Shown here: in pieces, positions 13,257 through 24,605 of the stretch
How positions within the stretch are numbered: the stretch's first letter is position 1
Layout: each line of letters starts with the position of its first letter
From: Eledone cirrhosa
Taxonomy: Eukaryota
Length of the DNA: 64,000 nt
Direction: 5' to 3'
NCBI GenBank assembly: GCA_964016885.1
Contig: OZ024757.1
Location: 22,320,001 to 22,384,000 of the forward strand
Program-made: the position numbers and the translations under genes
Notes under the pieces: generated by a model
What the model saw: the letters and a program-made list of their open reading frames with translations, nothing else
Databases searched by the model: none
Told to the model about the DNA's origin: nothing

Positions 13257-13546
13257 TTATTCTATTGCAAAATCTATTATTACATCTTAGATTTTTAGAC
13301 TTTATTATTGTCGTTGGTGGTGGTGTTGTTGGTGGTGGTGTTGTTGTTATCATCAAGGGTTATGGACTGGCAGAATCGGTAGAGCATCAGAATGCTCTAC
13401 CGATTCTGCCAGTCCATAACCCTTGATGATAACAACAACACCACCACCAACAACAACAACACCACCAACAACAACAACACCACCAACAACAATGATAATG
13501 AAGTCTAAAAATCTAAGATGTAATAATAGATTTTGCAATAGAATAA
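13257..13546. repeat. Long inverted repeat, ~130/155-bp arms, 4-nt spacer
   Basis: ttattctattgcaaaatc...ggtagagcat-caga-atgctctacc...gattttgcaatagaataa. Confidence 0.9.
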
Positions 13547-13551
13547 CTTCA

Positions 13552-14072
13552 CAGGGAGAGGGAGAGAGAGGTAGAGAGAGAGGTAGATAGAGAGAAACGT
13601 AGAGAGAGAAAGAGAGAGATAGAGAGAGAGAGAGATAGAGGGTAGAGAGAGGGAGAGGGAGGTAGATAGAGAGACGTAGAGAGAGAGAGAAAGAGAGATA
13701 GAGAGAGAGAGGGTAGAGAGAGTGGTAGAGGGTAGAGAGAGAGGTAGATAGAGAGAGATGTAGAGAGAAAGAGGTGTAGATAGAGAGAGATGTAGAGAGA
13801 GAGGTATGGGGTAGAGAGAGAGGTAGATAGAGAGAGAGGTAGATAGAGAGAGAGAGAAAGTGAGAGAGAGAGAGAGTAGAGAGAGTGGTAGAGGGTAGAG
13901 AGAGAGAGGTAGATAGAGAGAGACGTAGAGAGAGAGAGAAAGAGGTGTAGGTAGAGAGAGATGTAGAGAGATAGAGGGTAGAGAGAGCGGTAGAGGGTAG
14001 AGAGAGAGAGAAAGAGGTGTAGGTAGAGAGAGATGTAGAGAGAGATAGAGGTTAGAGAGAGAGAGAAAGAAG
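13552..14072. repeat. (GA)n-rich low-complexity tract
   Basis: Direct reading. Confidence 0.95.
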
Positions 14073-14884
14073 ACACTTTTCCATTTTTTTTTTTTTTTCT
14101 TAATAGCAATTTGAAAACTTGGAAAAGAGAGTTGGAAATGTATTTTAGGTGATATTAGATTTTAAAAAGTATTATTGGTGTCTTTCTTATTTCAATTAAA
14201 CATCTAAAGCAGTCATATATATATATTACAGTCTTTTTGTTCAGTTCATCGTTATGTAATAATTGCTGCACTTTTATATATTTATTCATTTCAATTTATT
14301 TATTTTTATTATTATTATTTTTTTTTTTTTTGGCAGAGGGGAGCTTGTTTGATTTTTGTTACCCCCACATCACCACCTCCAATCCCCCCCCTCCCCACCA
14401 CCACAAAATTTTCATATTAGACACAAATGCAAGCTTTGATGTTTATTTGATAGCGTTTATGCAATTACCATTATTATTATTATTATTACTACTTCTACTA
14501 ATACCACCACAATTATTATTATCATTATTACTACTGTTACTGCTATTAATATTATTATTATTATTATTAGCAGTAGTAGTATTAGTAGTAGTAGATGAAA
14601 GAAAAGTTGTGTGATGGTGTTGTCATGGTTGTTGAGGAACTGGGAACTGTCTACTATCAAGAGTTGAGTGAGAACATTTTGGGTAAAGAATTAAAGAGTT
14701 GTTGGAAGTAGAGGAGAATTGGAATGAAGGAAAGAAGAAAGGATTGGAAAGAAAAGTATGAAAGAGGAGAAATGGTGTAAGGTAATGGTTACTGTATCAC
14801 ATTCTCGGTCATCCAGTGGGATGTCCCACTCATTCTACACATCGCTTCCATTAACCACTGATGATGACGATATATATATATATT

Positions 14885-15055
14885 AAAAACCTCCCAGTCC
14901 CACACTGTAAATGTGGTTGGTGTTAGGAAGGGCAGCCAGCTGTAGAAAACCCGCCAGACAGTCCTATGCGAGCAAGACAACCACTCTTGCCTCAAGTGGG
15001 AAAACCCCCGTCCAAACCCATGCAAGCGTGGAACAGGGACGTTAAAAAAAAAAAA
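14885..15055 (+). mobile_element. 3' part of a SINE related to family A (RTE-type tail)
   Basis: ggttggtgttaggaagggcagccagctgtagaaaac...ccatgcaagcgtggaacagggacgttaaa. A related copy is at 62345-62595. Confidence 0.75.
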
Positions 15056-15113
15056 GAAATAAATATATATATACGATATTAACAAATGGAAATTATATTT
15101 ATAAAACCATATC

Positions 15114-15178
15114 TATTTTATTATATATATTTCAAGGATACCATGTTAAATTATGGTATGCTTTCATCAGACAAAATA
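15114..15178 (-). ncRNA. Minimal type I hammerhead ribozyme (HHR-1)
   Basis: Minus strand: tattttgt-CTGATGA-aag c ataccat aatttaac atggtat c ctt-GAAA-tatata-TA^ataaaata. Stem I is 8 bp, stem II 3+7 bp, and stem III is palindromic. Confidence 0.85.
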
Positions 15179-15389
15179 CAATATATACCAGTTTTATAAA
15201 TAAATATTGACATACCCTTTCAAAATGCAACCGTTACTTTTGGAAGACATCCAAATACTTGTCGAGTGCTTTATATCAGTTATAAAAATATTTGCTTGTT
15301 GTATCCCAACAATTTAAATAGAACTTTTGCATATATATATATATATATATTTTTTAGAAAATATCATATATTTTCACTAGCTCTGACAG

Positions 15390-15470
15390 TTGGCAGGTAA
15401 GCAGTATACTGTACTGATGAAGGGTAATCACCCAGAAACATTAGTGTCTGCAGTTCTGTTTACATGCCAA
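15390..15470 (+). ncRNA. Type I hammerhead ribozyme (HHR-2) with long stem I
   Basis: ttggcaggtaagcag tat actgta-CTGATGA-a gggt aatc accc a-GAAA-cattagtg-TC^tgcagt t ctgtttacatgccaa. There is an A.A mismatch at the base of stem II. Confidence 0.8.
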
Positions 15471-15595
15471 TACAAGAGCAAGAATGACGGGGTCATTCTA
15501 CTGACATGGCTTAAAAAGAGGCTGTTTACATAATTGCAAATGAATCAAATATTATCATTAATATTCGAAAAACTCAGATTATATTTATATATATA

Positions 15596-15933
15596 TCATC
15601 ATCATCATTTCATTTTACGTTCGCTTTTCCCTGCTTGCAAGGGTGGGACAGGAACTGATTCTGGCTTGATTTCTACAGCTGGATGCCCTTCCTAACACCA
15701 ACCTCATTTACAGTGAGTGCTGGGTGCTTTTTTGCCGTGGCACCTGCACGACCACTTTGCAGTGGAATGATAGGTACCCCACTCCCTATCATCTCATTTC
15801 TACAGCTGAGTAAACTGGAGCAATGTGAAATAAAGTGTCTTGCTCAAGGAAACAACACATCACCCGGTCTGAGAATTGAACTCACAACCTTTCGATTGCA
15901 AGACCAATGCTCTAACCACTAAGCCATGTGCCT
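15596..15933 (-). mobile_element. SINE family A, full length
   Basis: tRNA-like head (A box tggcttagtgg, B box gagttcaattc), CORE-like box and RTE-type tail. Confidence 0.92.
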
Positions 15934-16138
15934 ATCACGATAAATTAACGGAGCCATAGACTCTCGCTATTCCCTGTCATTAATGTGCTCAAAGGAGAAG
16001 GATTCCTGAGTCCTTTATAATACAATTTGTAGAAAAGATAACACACCAGAGAGAGAAAGTGTGCCATCAATCAAACAGGGAAAACCACCAGTGTATGGAA
16101 TCTATAGCCCATGGGAGGCAAAGTAGACACACAATAAT

Positions 16139-16186
16139 TAAAAGTATAAATCAAAGTGCAAATACGTATTTGCACTTTGATTTATA

Positions 16187-16192
<6 letters not shown>
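16139..16192. repeat. Perfect 54-bp palindrome abutting (TA)n
   Basis: taaaagtataaatcaaagtgcaaatac|gtatttgcactttgatttatactttta. Confidence 0.9.
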
Positions 16193-16235
<43 letters not shown>

Positions 16236-16242
16236 CATATAT

Positions 16243-16415
16243 AGAAATCACATCTACAGAACTAGAACTGTTTCATCCATATGAAATCATCCTGATGATC
16301 CTGAATGAAACAGTTTTAGTCCTGTAGAGGTCATTTTGATATACAATAAAAATGCCTATACTCTACCTTTTTGAACTGCAGTTACCTCCTGCCTCCTACA
16401 CAACTCAAGACCACA
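16243..16415. mobile_element. Penelope-like family D fold-back copy
   Basis: ctacagaactagaactgtttcat ... ctgatgatcctgaatgaaacagttttagtcctgtag inverted arms between (TA)n tracts. Confidence 0.6.
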
Positions 16416-16420
16416 TATAT

Positions 16421-16497
<77 letters not shown>

Positions 16498-16620
16498 TGA
16501 AGGCGTGTGGCTGAGTGGTTAGAGAATTGGATTCACAATCGTGAGGTTGTGAGTTCGATTCCAGAACCGGGCGATGCGTTATGTCCTTGAGCAAGACACT
16601 TTACTTCACGTTGTTCCTTC
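16498..16620 (+). mobile_element. tRNA-derived SINE head with CORE-like box (3'-truncated)
   Basis: gtggctgagtggttagag...gagttcgattcc...ccttgagcaagacacttt. Confidence 0.8.
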
Positions 16621-17272
16621 TACCTGGAGTTGTGACCAATAGATAGTATTAGCAATTGGAAAGACCAATGTAAACACTGTTTCCTCAGTTCGATTTGACA
16701 AAAGTCGATCGTTCCTTTATATATATATATATATCACAGCACACCATGCTTTCATATTTTTCATATTTTCCTCCGCTGTGACCCGTCTGTTTCTTTCTTA
16801 CTGCTTCCCCTTTTCTCTGTATCTCTCACTTCCTTTCACCCCCTCTACCAGTCACTCTCTCCGTTAGCCTCTTCCTCACACTTTCACTCACTCACTCTCT
16901 ACTACTCCCTCTCCTACTTCCTCCCGTTTGACCTGTGCAAGATTCTTTCCTCACTCACACTTCGACCAGGTCGGATGGTCTTTATTCTCTCTCGTCTACG
17001 ATTTCACAGAACTTGTGTTCATCGATTTCAGCGACTTGACTCCTTCTTCCTCACGTTTCGTTGCATTACCATCTTTGTTTGTTTACTGTCTCGCTCGTTC
17101 CCCCTATTTACGTGCCCCAACGACTTTCTTTAGTCGTTGCTCGCACCAACCAGAGGTATATGGCCTTTAAAGCGATGAAATACTAATGAAGGCTGGAAGA
17201 TCATTGATGAAGGACTAAATTTATTCATATGTAACCCATTTGCAACCACGCAGCACGCCACGTTTTCATATT

Positions 17273-17325
<53 letters not shown>

Positions 17326-17336
17326 CATATATATCA

Positions 17337-17528
17337 GAAAAGGTGTGGTAAAATACCAGGTGGACCATAACCCACCAGAGTACTTGATACTTGAGGTAGT
17401 AGAGTGGGTAATATGAAAAGATTCAGGACCCCGATGGCTGAGCTCCGGCCATTTTGACAGCTAGATCCGGTCAAAACGGCCAGAGCTCAGCTGTCGGGGT
17501 CCTGAATCTTATCATATTACCCACTCTA
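17337..17528. mobile_element. Penelope-like family C fold-back copy
   Basis: Inverted repeat 17400-17528 (tagagtgggtaatatg...catattacccactcta). Homologous to 28814-29045 and 51829-51972. Confidence 0.65.
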
Positions 17529-17559
17529 TTAACCCAACTGTCGGGGTCTTGAATCTTTC

Positions 17560-17920
17560 AAGGACGGGTTCAATGTCAATGTGCGTGAATGACCAAGCAT
17601 AGACGAGTTGAGAAAGAAACTGGGTATGAGAGGGATAAGTTGTGGTGAGCAGGAGAGAAGGCTGAGATGGTATGGACATGTGATGGTATTACCACTGGGT
17701 AAAGAAGTGCCAAGAAATCCCAGTAGAAGGAAGACACAGTAGAGGTAGGCCACGTAAAACATGGGCGGAGGTGGTGAGAGCAGACCTCAGATCACTGAAA
17801 CTCACTGAGGAGATGACGAAGGACGGTGACAAGTGGAGAGATGCTGTGCTGAATAGGACCCGTCCAACCCTTGTAAGCAGGGAAAAGCGGACGTAAAATG
17901 ATGATGATGATGATGATGAT
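17560..17920 (+). mobile_element. RTE LINE 3' end
   Basis: ERRLRWYGHVM...RGRPRKTWAEVVRADLRSLKLTEEMTKDGDKWRDAVL, followed by a (gat)n tail. The last ~45 nt are shared with SINE A. Confidence 0.88.
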
Positions 17921-18079
17921 ATACTGTGTTTATCTAGTTTAGAATAGATACAATGTATCTCTGACTTTCATAAGTGTCAGTAAGGTGTCAGTAAGGACAT
18001 CTGGCAGTAAAGCATTGCCTCAAAAAGTCCCGTCCAACCCATACTAGCCTGAAAAAGTCAATGTAAAAACAATGATAAT

Positions 18080-18290
18080 AATTGTTTCTATTTTAGGCAG
18101 AAGGCCAACAATTTGAAGGGAAGGGGTAACTCAACTAAATTGACACCAATGCGTTACTGGTACTATATTTTATCAACCCTTGTAAGGATGAAAGGCAAAG
18201 CTAACTTCGGCGGGATTTGAAGTCAGAACATAAAGGGCCATAACTAAATACTGCAAAGCATTTTGTCCGATGCTCTACTGATCCTGCCAA
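18080..18290 (-). mobile_element. SINE family B (diverged)
   Basis: Family B body in reverse. Confidence 0.8.
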
Positions 18291-19119
18291 TAATAATGAT
18301 GTTGATGATGGTGATTATGATATCTTCTCCAAACATCTATAAACCCCACCCATCCAACCTTCTTAACTACCACCATCTATACACCCACCAACCCCTCAAC
18401 CTCGCCCAGTCCCACCATCTATACACCACCAGTACCACCCCAATTTCCCCACCACCCCCTACCACCGCATGCAATAATCATTCAGTTGCTGAACTGATTA
18501 CTGATTTAACTAATTCCTATCTGTAGTAACTAATTCATATCTTCAACTTAATTCCCTCCAATACACTTCTATAATATGCTTGATGAAAACCAACCTCCCT
18601 TCTTTCTGGCCTCCTCAGCCTAGTTCAGTTTGACAATGTTATGTTGCTATTATATTTTCCAGACAATGCTTCACAACTTGTGAAGCAATCGCTATTATCA
18701 AATAGACAGGAAATGAAATTTTATGTGGAAGACTTCATTTAGATAGGATTAGAACTTTTTGCTTGAGCGGTAAATCTCCTTTCCCCTCTCCTCCACTTCC
18801 TTGGCACACAGACAGACACACCCACAGGCACACAGAGACCCACACAGACACACACAGAGACAGACACACCCACAGGCACACAGAAACCCACACAGACACA
18901 CACAGATACTCACTGACACACACATCATTTTCAGTAAAACAAGTAAAATCCTTATTCCTCATTTCACAGTAAATCTGTTGTTAATTAGACTTCAAATTAA
19001 AGATAATTTTGTTTCTAGGAAAATGGCTTCAACTGATTTTCCATAAATCACTTTTGTTTAAGAAGAGCCAGAAACAGAGACAAGGGCTTCAGTGCTAAAT
19101 TACCAGTCTCCTTAGAGAG

Positions 19120-19800
19120 AGGGCAGAACAGGTAGAGCGTTGGGCAACAAGCTTTGCAGCATATAGTTACAGCTCTTTAAGTTCTAAGATTAAATCCTGC
19201 TGAGGATTTGCCTTTCTTCATCCTTACAAGGATTGATAAAATAAAGTACCAGTAGCACACTGGAGTTGATTTAATCGACTCTCTCCTTCCCTCAAAATGT
19301 TTTGCCTTGTGCCTCAATCAGAAACCATTATTATTGAGGGCAGTGGATTGGCAGTATCGGTAGAGGGTTGGACGCCATGCTTTGACGCATAGAGTTACGT
19401 CCCTTGCCATTCTGAGTTCAAATCCCGCCGAGGTTAACTTTGCCTTTCATCCTCACGGGGTGGATGAAATAAAGTACCAGTAATACACTGGGTAATTGCT
19501 GGCCTTGTGCCTAATGTAGAAACAATTATTATTGAGGGCAGTGAATTGGCAGTATCGGTAGAGGGTTGGACGCCATGCTCTCTAGCATAGTTACGTCCCT
19601 TTACAGTCTGAGTTCAAATCCCGCTGAGGTTAACTTTGCCTTTCATCCTTACAGGGTCGATAAAATAAAGTACCAGCAATGTACTGGGTTATTGCTGGCC
19701 TTGCGCCTAAAGTAGAAACAATTATTATTGAGGGCAGTGGATTGGCAAGAGCAGTAGAGCATCAGATAACATGTTTTGTGGCATGTAGTTACAGCCCTTT
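19120..19800 (+). mobile_element. Head-to-tail cluster of about 4 SINE family B copies
   Basis: Heads at about 19120, 19337, 19536 and 19731, each following a gaaac(a/c)attattatt tail. Confidence 0.9.
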
Positions 19801-20240
19801 ATGTATGAAGTAGATTAGCTCCACGTGTATATTTCAGACAAATACCAGTTATGGAAGAATACATCAATCGTTTGTTTTCATTTTGAACTGTATCTTCTTC
19901 ACACCTGAAAAGAGGGTAATAACCCTGAAATATTATGTTGAAATATACTGGGTAAAACAATACTTTTTAGGGTTTTATTTGCCATTCTTTGCTGTATATA
20001 TATTTCTACCACATTGTACTGGCTTTCTGAAACTTAAGTCATTTATTATATATCTCACAATGTAGTAGTAACAGTAACAGCAGTGGTAGTAGTAGTGGTA
20101 GTAGTAGAAGTATTTAACCCTTTAATGTTCAAACCGGCCAAAACCGGCCATAATTCTCTACCTCTTTCTGTTGAAACTGGCTGTAACTGGTTGCCCAAAC
20201 TGATATTAAAACTTGTACTCCTGTGTTCCGAAATATATAT

Positions 20241-20508
20241 ATCATCATCATCATCATCATCATTTTACGTCCGCTTTCCCTGCTTGCAAGGGTGGGACGG
20301 GAACTGATTCTGGCTTGATTTCTACAGCTGGATGCCCTTCCTAACACCAACCTCATTTACAGTGAGTGCTGGGTGCTTTTTTGTCGTGGCACCTCCACGA
20401 CCACTTTACAGTGGAATGATATGGACCCCAGTCCCTATCATCTCATTTCTACAGCTGAGTAAACTGGAGCAATGTGAAATAAAGTGTCTTGCTCAAGGAA
20501 ACAACACA
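20241..20508 (-). mobile_element. SINE family A, truncated at a (TA)n tract
   Basis: Homology to the other copies. Confidence 0.9.
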
Positions 20509-20572
20509 TATATATATACACACACACATGCAAATATATATATATATATATATATATACACATGCAAATATG

Positions 20573-20604
<32 letters not shown>

Positions 20605-20626
20605 CACATGCAAATATGTATGTATA

Positions 20627-20704
<78 letters not shown>

Positions 20705-21124
20705 AGGACAACATTTTCCTCCTCTTCCCCAGTCAAGTATTAAGTTTAACGTCTCATGGAAAACACAGTCCCATTCCAGGCCGAGCTTCCATTGGAAATC
20801 TGAGTCATCTTTATTTCCATTTCATTAAAAGAAGTCTTTAGGCTAATCTCTCCTCTTTTTATAGTTTTTAAGTTCAACAATGACAATAGCAATAACAACA
20901 GCAACAACAATCATAATAATAAGGATTATAATAAAAGACAATAAGAATGATAATGATGACTCTTACATCAGCACAAAACCATAAAATTGTAGAGGGTGGG
21001 GGTAGAGGGTGGGAGTTAAGGGGTGACGGAGGAATGGGTAGATGGATGGATTTATATAAGATAAGTAGGTAGGTAAATAAAATGGATGGGTGTTGGTTGG
21101 ATGGGTAGATAGATAGATGGTTTG

Positions 21125-21380
21125 TGGAAGAACAGCAGTCACCCATACCAGTCTCTCCTCTCTCCATGCGACTGATGTTGTCCAAGGGAAAGGTAAAGGC
21201 TGATACAGCTTGGCACCGGAAACATGACAACTCCATTATCTACCTGAATGATCTGGAGCAATGGGAAATAAAGTGTCTTGTTCAAGGACACAACATACCC
21301 TATCACCCAGTCTGGGAATCAAACTCACAATCTCACAATTAAGAACCCAACACTAACCACTAAGCCATACTTCTTCACCT
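21125..21380 (-). mobile_element. Diverged tRNA/CORE-type SINE with a different body
   Basis: gaaataaagtgtcttgttcaagga...aaccactaagccat head is shared with family A, but the body differs. Confidence 0.65.
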
Positions 21381-21449
21381 TGGAACAAGTAATAGCAATA
21401 GTGATATGTAATTTTTAATCCAAACAAAGTCCCACAACAAAAATAAATA

Positions 21450-22083
21450 ATTGTTTCTACTTTTTGGCACAAGGCCAGCAATTATCCCAGTGTATTACTG
21501 GTACTTTATCTTATCGACCCTGTAAGGATGAAAGGCAAAGTTAACCTCGGTGGGATTTGAACTCAGACCGTAAAGGGCCGGAACTCTTTGATGTAAAGCA
21601 TGGCGTCCAACCCTGTAAGGATGAAAGGCAAAGTTAACCTCAGCGGGATTTGAACTCAGACCGTAAAGGGCCGGAACTCTTTGATGTAAAGCATGCCGTC
21701 CAACCCTGTAAGGATGAAAGGCAAAGTTAACCTCGGCGGGATTTGAACTCAGACCATAAAGGGCCGAAACTCTTTGCTGTAAAGCATGGCGTCCAACCCT
21801 GTAAGGATGAAAGGCAAAGTTAACCTCGGCGGGATTTGAACTCAGACCATAAAGGGCCGAAACTCTTTGATGTAAAGCATGCCGTCCAACCCTGTAAGGA
21901 TGAAAGGCAAAGTTAACCTCGGCGGGATTTGAACTCAGACTGTAAAGGGCCGGAACTCTTTGATGTAAAGCATGGCGTCCAACCCTGTAAGGATGAAAGG
22001 CAAAGTTAACCTCGGCGGGATTTGAACTCAGACCGTAAAGGGCCGGAACTCTTTGATGTAAAGCATGGCGTCCAACCCTCTAA
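21450..22083 (-). repeat. SINE B with six tandem copies of a 93-bp internal segment
   Basis: ccctgtaaggatgaaaggc starts at 21518, 21611, 21704, 21797, 21890 and 21983. Confidence 0.92.
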
Positions 22084-22232
22084 CAATAAAAAAAAGTATA
22101 ATGTTGATTTAAATTTCGAATTTGTGGCAGAAAGAACATGTGAGAAATGGTTGTTGGGGAAGGGTTGGGGTAAAAACAACAGTCTCATTATTTCTAGAGT
22201 CCAGCTGGAAATAGCAAGCCTAATCTATTATT

Positions 22233-23105
22233 ACGGGGTCGATAAAATAAAGTACCAGTAATGCACTGGGTAATTGCTGGCCTTGTGCCTAACGTAGAAA
22301 CAATTATTGGCAGTGGATTGGCAGTATCGGTAGAGGGTCGGACGCCATGCTTCCCAGCATAGTTACGTCCCTTTACGATCTGAGTTCAAATCCCGCCGAG
22401 GTTGACTTTACCTTTCATCCTTACGGGGTCGATAAAAATAAAGTACCAGTAATGCACTGGGTAATTGCTGGCCTTGTGCCTAAAGTAGAAACAATTATTG
22501 GCAGTATCGGTAGAACGCCAGACACCTTGTTTATAGCAAACAGTTACGGCTCTTTATGGTCTGAGTTCAAATCCCGCCGAGATTAACTTTGCCTTTCATC
22601 GTTATAGGGTCAATAAAATAAAGTACCAGTAATGCACTGAGGTAACTGCTGGCCTTGTGCCTAAATTAGAAACAATTATTATTATTATATTGCCCGTTTT
22701 CATTGTATTACTGAGCACAGATCTGTGTGCCTTGGGCATGTGCAGTGTGGTTATTGGTGGTGTTTCTTCTATTGTACTCTTCGAAATATGTGTGTGGTGC
22801 CTAGTAGAAACAATTATTATAAAATAAAATAAAGCACCAGTAATTCACTGGGGTAATTGCTGGCCTTGAGCCAAAGTAGAGACATTATTAATATTATTAT
22901 TTGGTTTTGTCAACATTACGATTGACAGTATTGGTAGCGAGTCGGACGCCATGCTTTGCAGCATAGTTACGTCCCTTTACTGTCGTAAGTTCAAATCCCA
23001 CCGATGTTAACTTTGCCTTTCATCCTTACGGGGGTTGATAAAATAAAGTACCAGTAATGTACTGGGGGTAATTGCTGGCCTTGTGCCAAAAGTAGAAACA
23101 ATTAT
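22233..23105 (+). mobile_element. Cluster of SINE B copies and fragments
   Basis: Repeated gataaaataaagtaccagtaatgcactgg...gccttgtgcc...gaaacaattatt. Confidence 0.88.
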
Positions 23106-23349
23106 GATTCACAAGCTCCTTTATCTGGTTATTTTGTCTTTGCTAATTACATCCTTCCAACACAACAGACATATAAACAGAAATATAAACATAAAATAAA
23201 TATAAATTAAAATCCAATAATTAAAAACAATCTGAGATTGATGAAGGTTATTGTTCATTGTTTAATTTTTTGGCTAAAATTTCTAATTAATGGTTAGGTG
23301 ATATAGAGAAGGAGACAGAGATTTGGTGTGGTGTGGTGTGTTGGGGGAT

Positions 23350-24040
23350 CACCAGCAACACCAACAACATCAAACACTAATAACAACAGAAACAACAACA
23401 AAGTCATTCAACAACACTACCAATGTCATCAACACTAATATCAACCACCAACAACTTCAACAGCAACAAGAACACCAACAATACCAACGTCACCAACGCC
23501 TTCAACATTAATATCAACTGCCAACACCAACACCACCACTAATAACACCAACACCTCCACCACCACTACCACTAACAACACCAACAACAGCACACTACCA
23601 ACACCACCACTAACAACAACAACAACAACACCAACAGTACAGTACCAACACCACCACTAACAACACCAACACCCCCACCACCACCACCACTACCAACACC
23701 AACACTAACAACAGCACAGTACCAACACCACCACTAACAACAACACCAACACCAACACCACCACTACCAACACCACCACCACCACTAACAACACCTCCAC
23801 CACCACTACCAACACCAACACCAACAATAATAATAGCAGCTCAGTATCAACACCACCAGAAATAAGAACACCCCCAACACCAACAGCAACACCAACAATA
23901 ACAACACCAACAACAACAACACAGTACCACCACCACCACTAACAACAACAACACCACCACTAACAACAACAACACCAACACCACAACCAACAACAACAAC
24001 AACACCAATAACAACACTAGAAACACACCAACAACACCTC
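23350..24040. repeat. (CAA)/(CAC) low-complexity tract
   Basis: Direct reading. Confidence 0.92.
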
Positions 24041-24605
24041 AGAATTGGTAGATCATCAGATAATATACCATTGTGTTTAGTATTTGTTCTGGTTCTTTAC
24101 ATTCGGCTGAGGTCAACTTTGCCTTTAATCCTTTCAAGGTCGATAAAATAAAATACCAGTAATACATGGCAGTGGTGGTGATGGGAAAGCTGGTGGTGTT
24201 GATAGTGTTTTTGGTGGTAGTAGTAATAGTAGTAGTAGTATTTATGGTGGTGAGGATGGCAGAACTTCCCCCGACCATTCAAAATAATTTGCTGGCCTTG
24301 TACGTGAATTAGAAACCAATCCCGCCGAGGTTAACTTTGCCTTTCATCCTTACGGGGGTCGATAAAATAAAGTACCAGTAATGCACTGGGATAATTGCTG
24401 GCCTTGTGCCAAAAAGTAGAAACAATTATTATTATTATTATTATAAAGGAAGTAGATTGACTGAATTGGTAGAGCGTCGGACAACATACTTTGCAGCATA
24501 GAGTTACATCCCTTTACGTTCTGAGTTCGAATCCTTCCAAGGTTAGCTTTGTCTTTCATCTTTACAGGGTTGATAAAATGAAGTACCAGTAATGCACTGG
24601 GAGAT
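24040..24605 (+). mobile_element. SINE B fragments
   Basis: Three partial family B bodies. Confidence 0.75.

Noticed and set aside
15683-15922. Recurrent [17 protein letters not shown]... ORF as a gene family
   Set aside because: Antisense translation of SINE A.
18668-18690. pre-miRNA
   Set aside because: The stem is only about 10 bp with a 1-nt loop.
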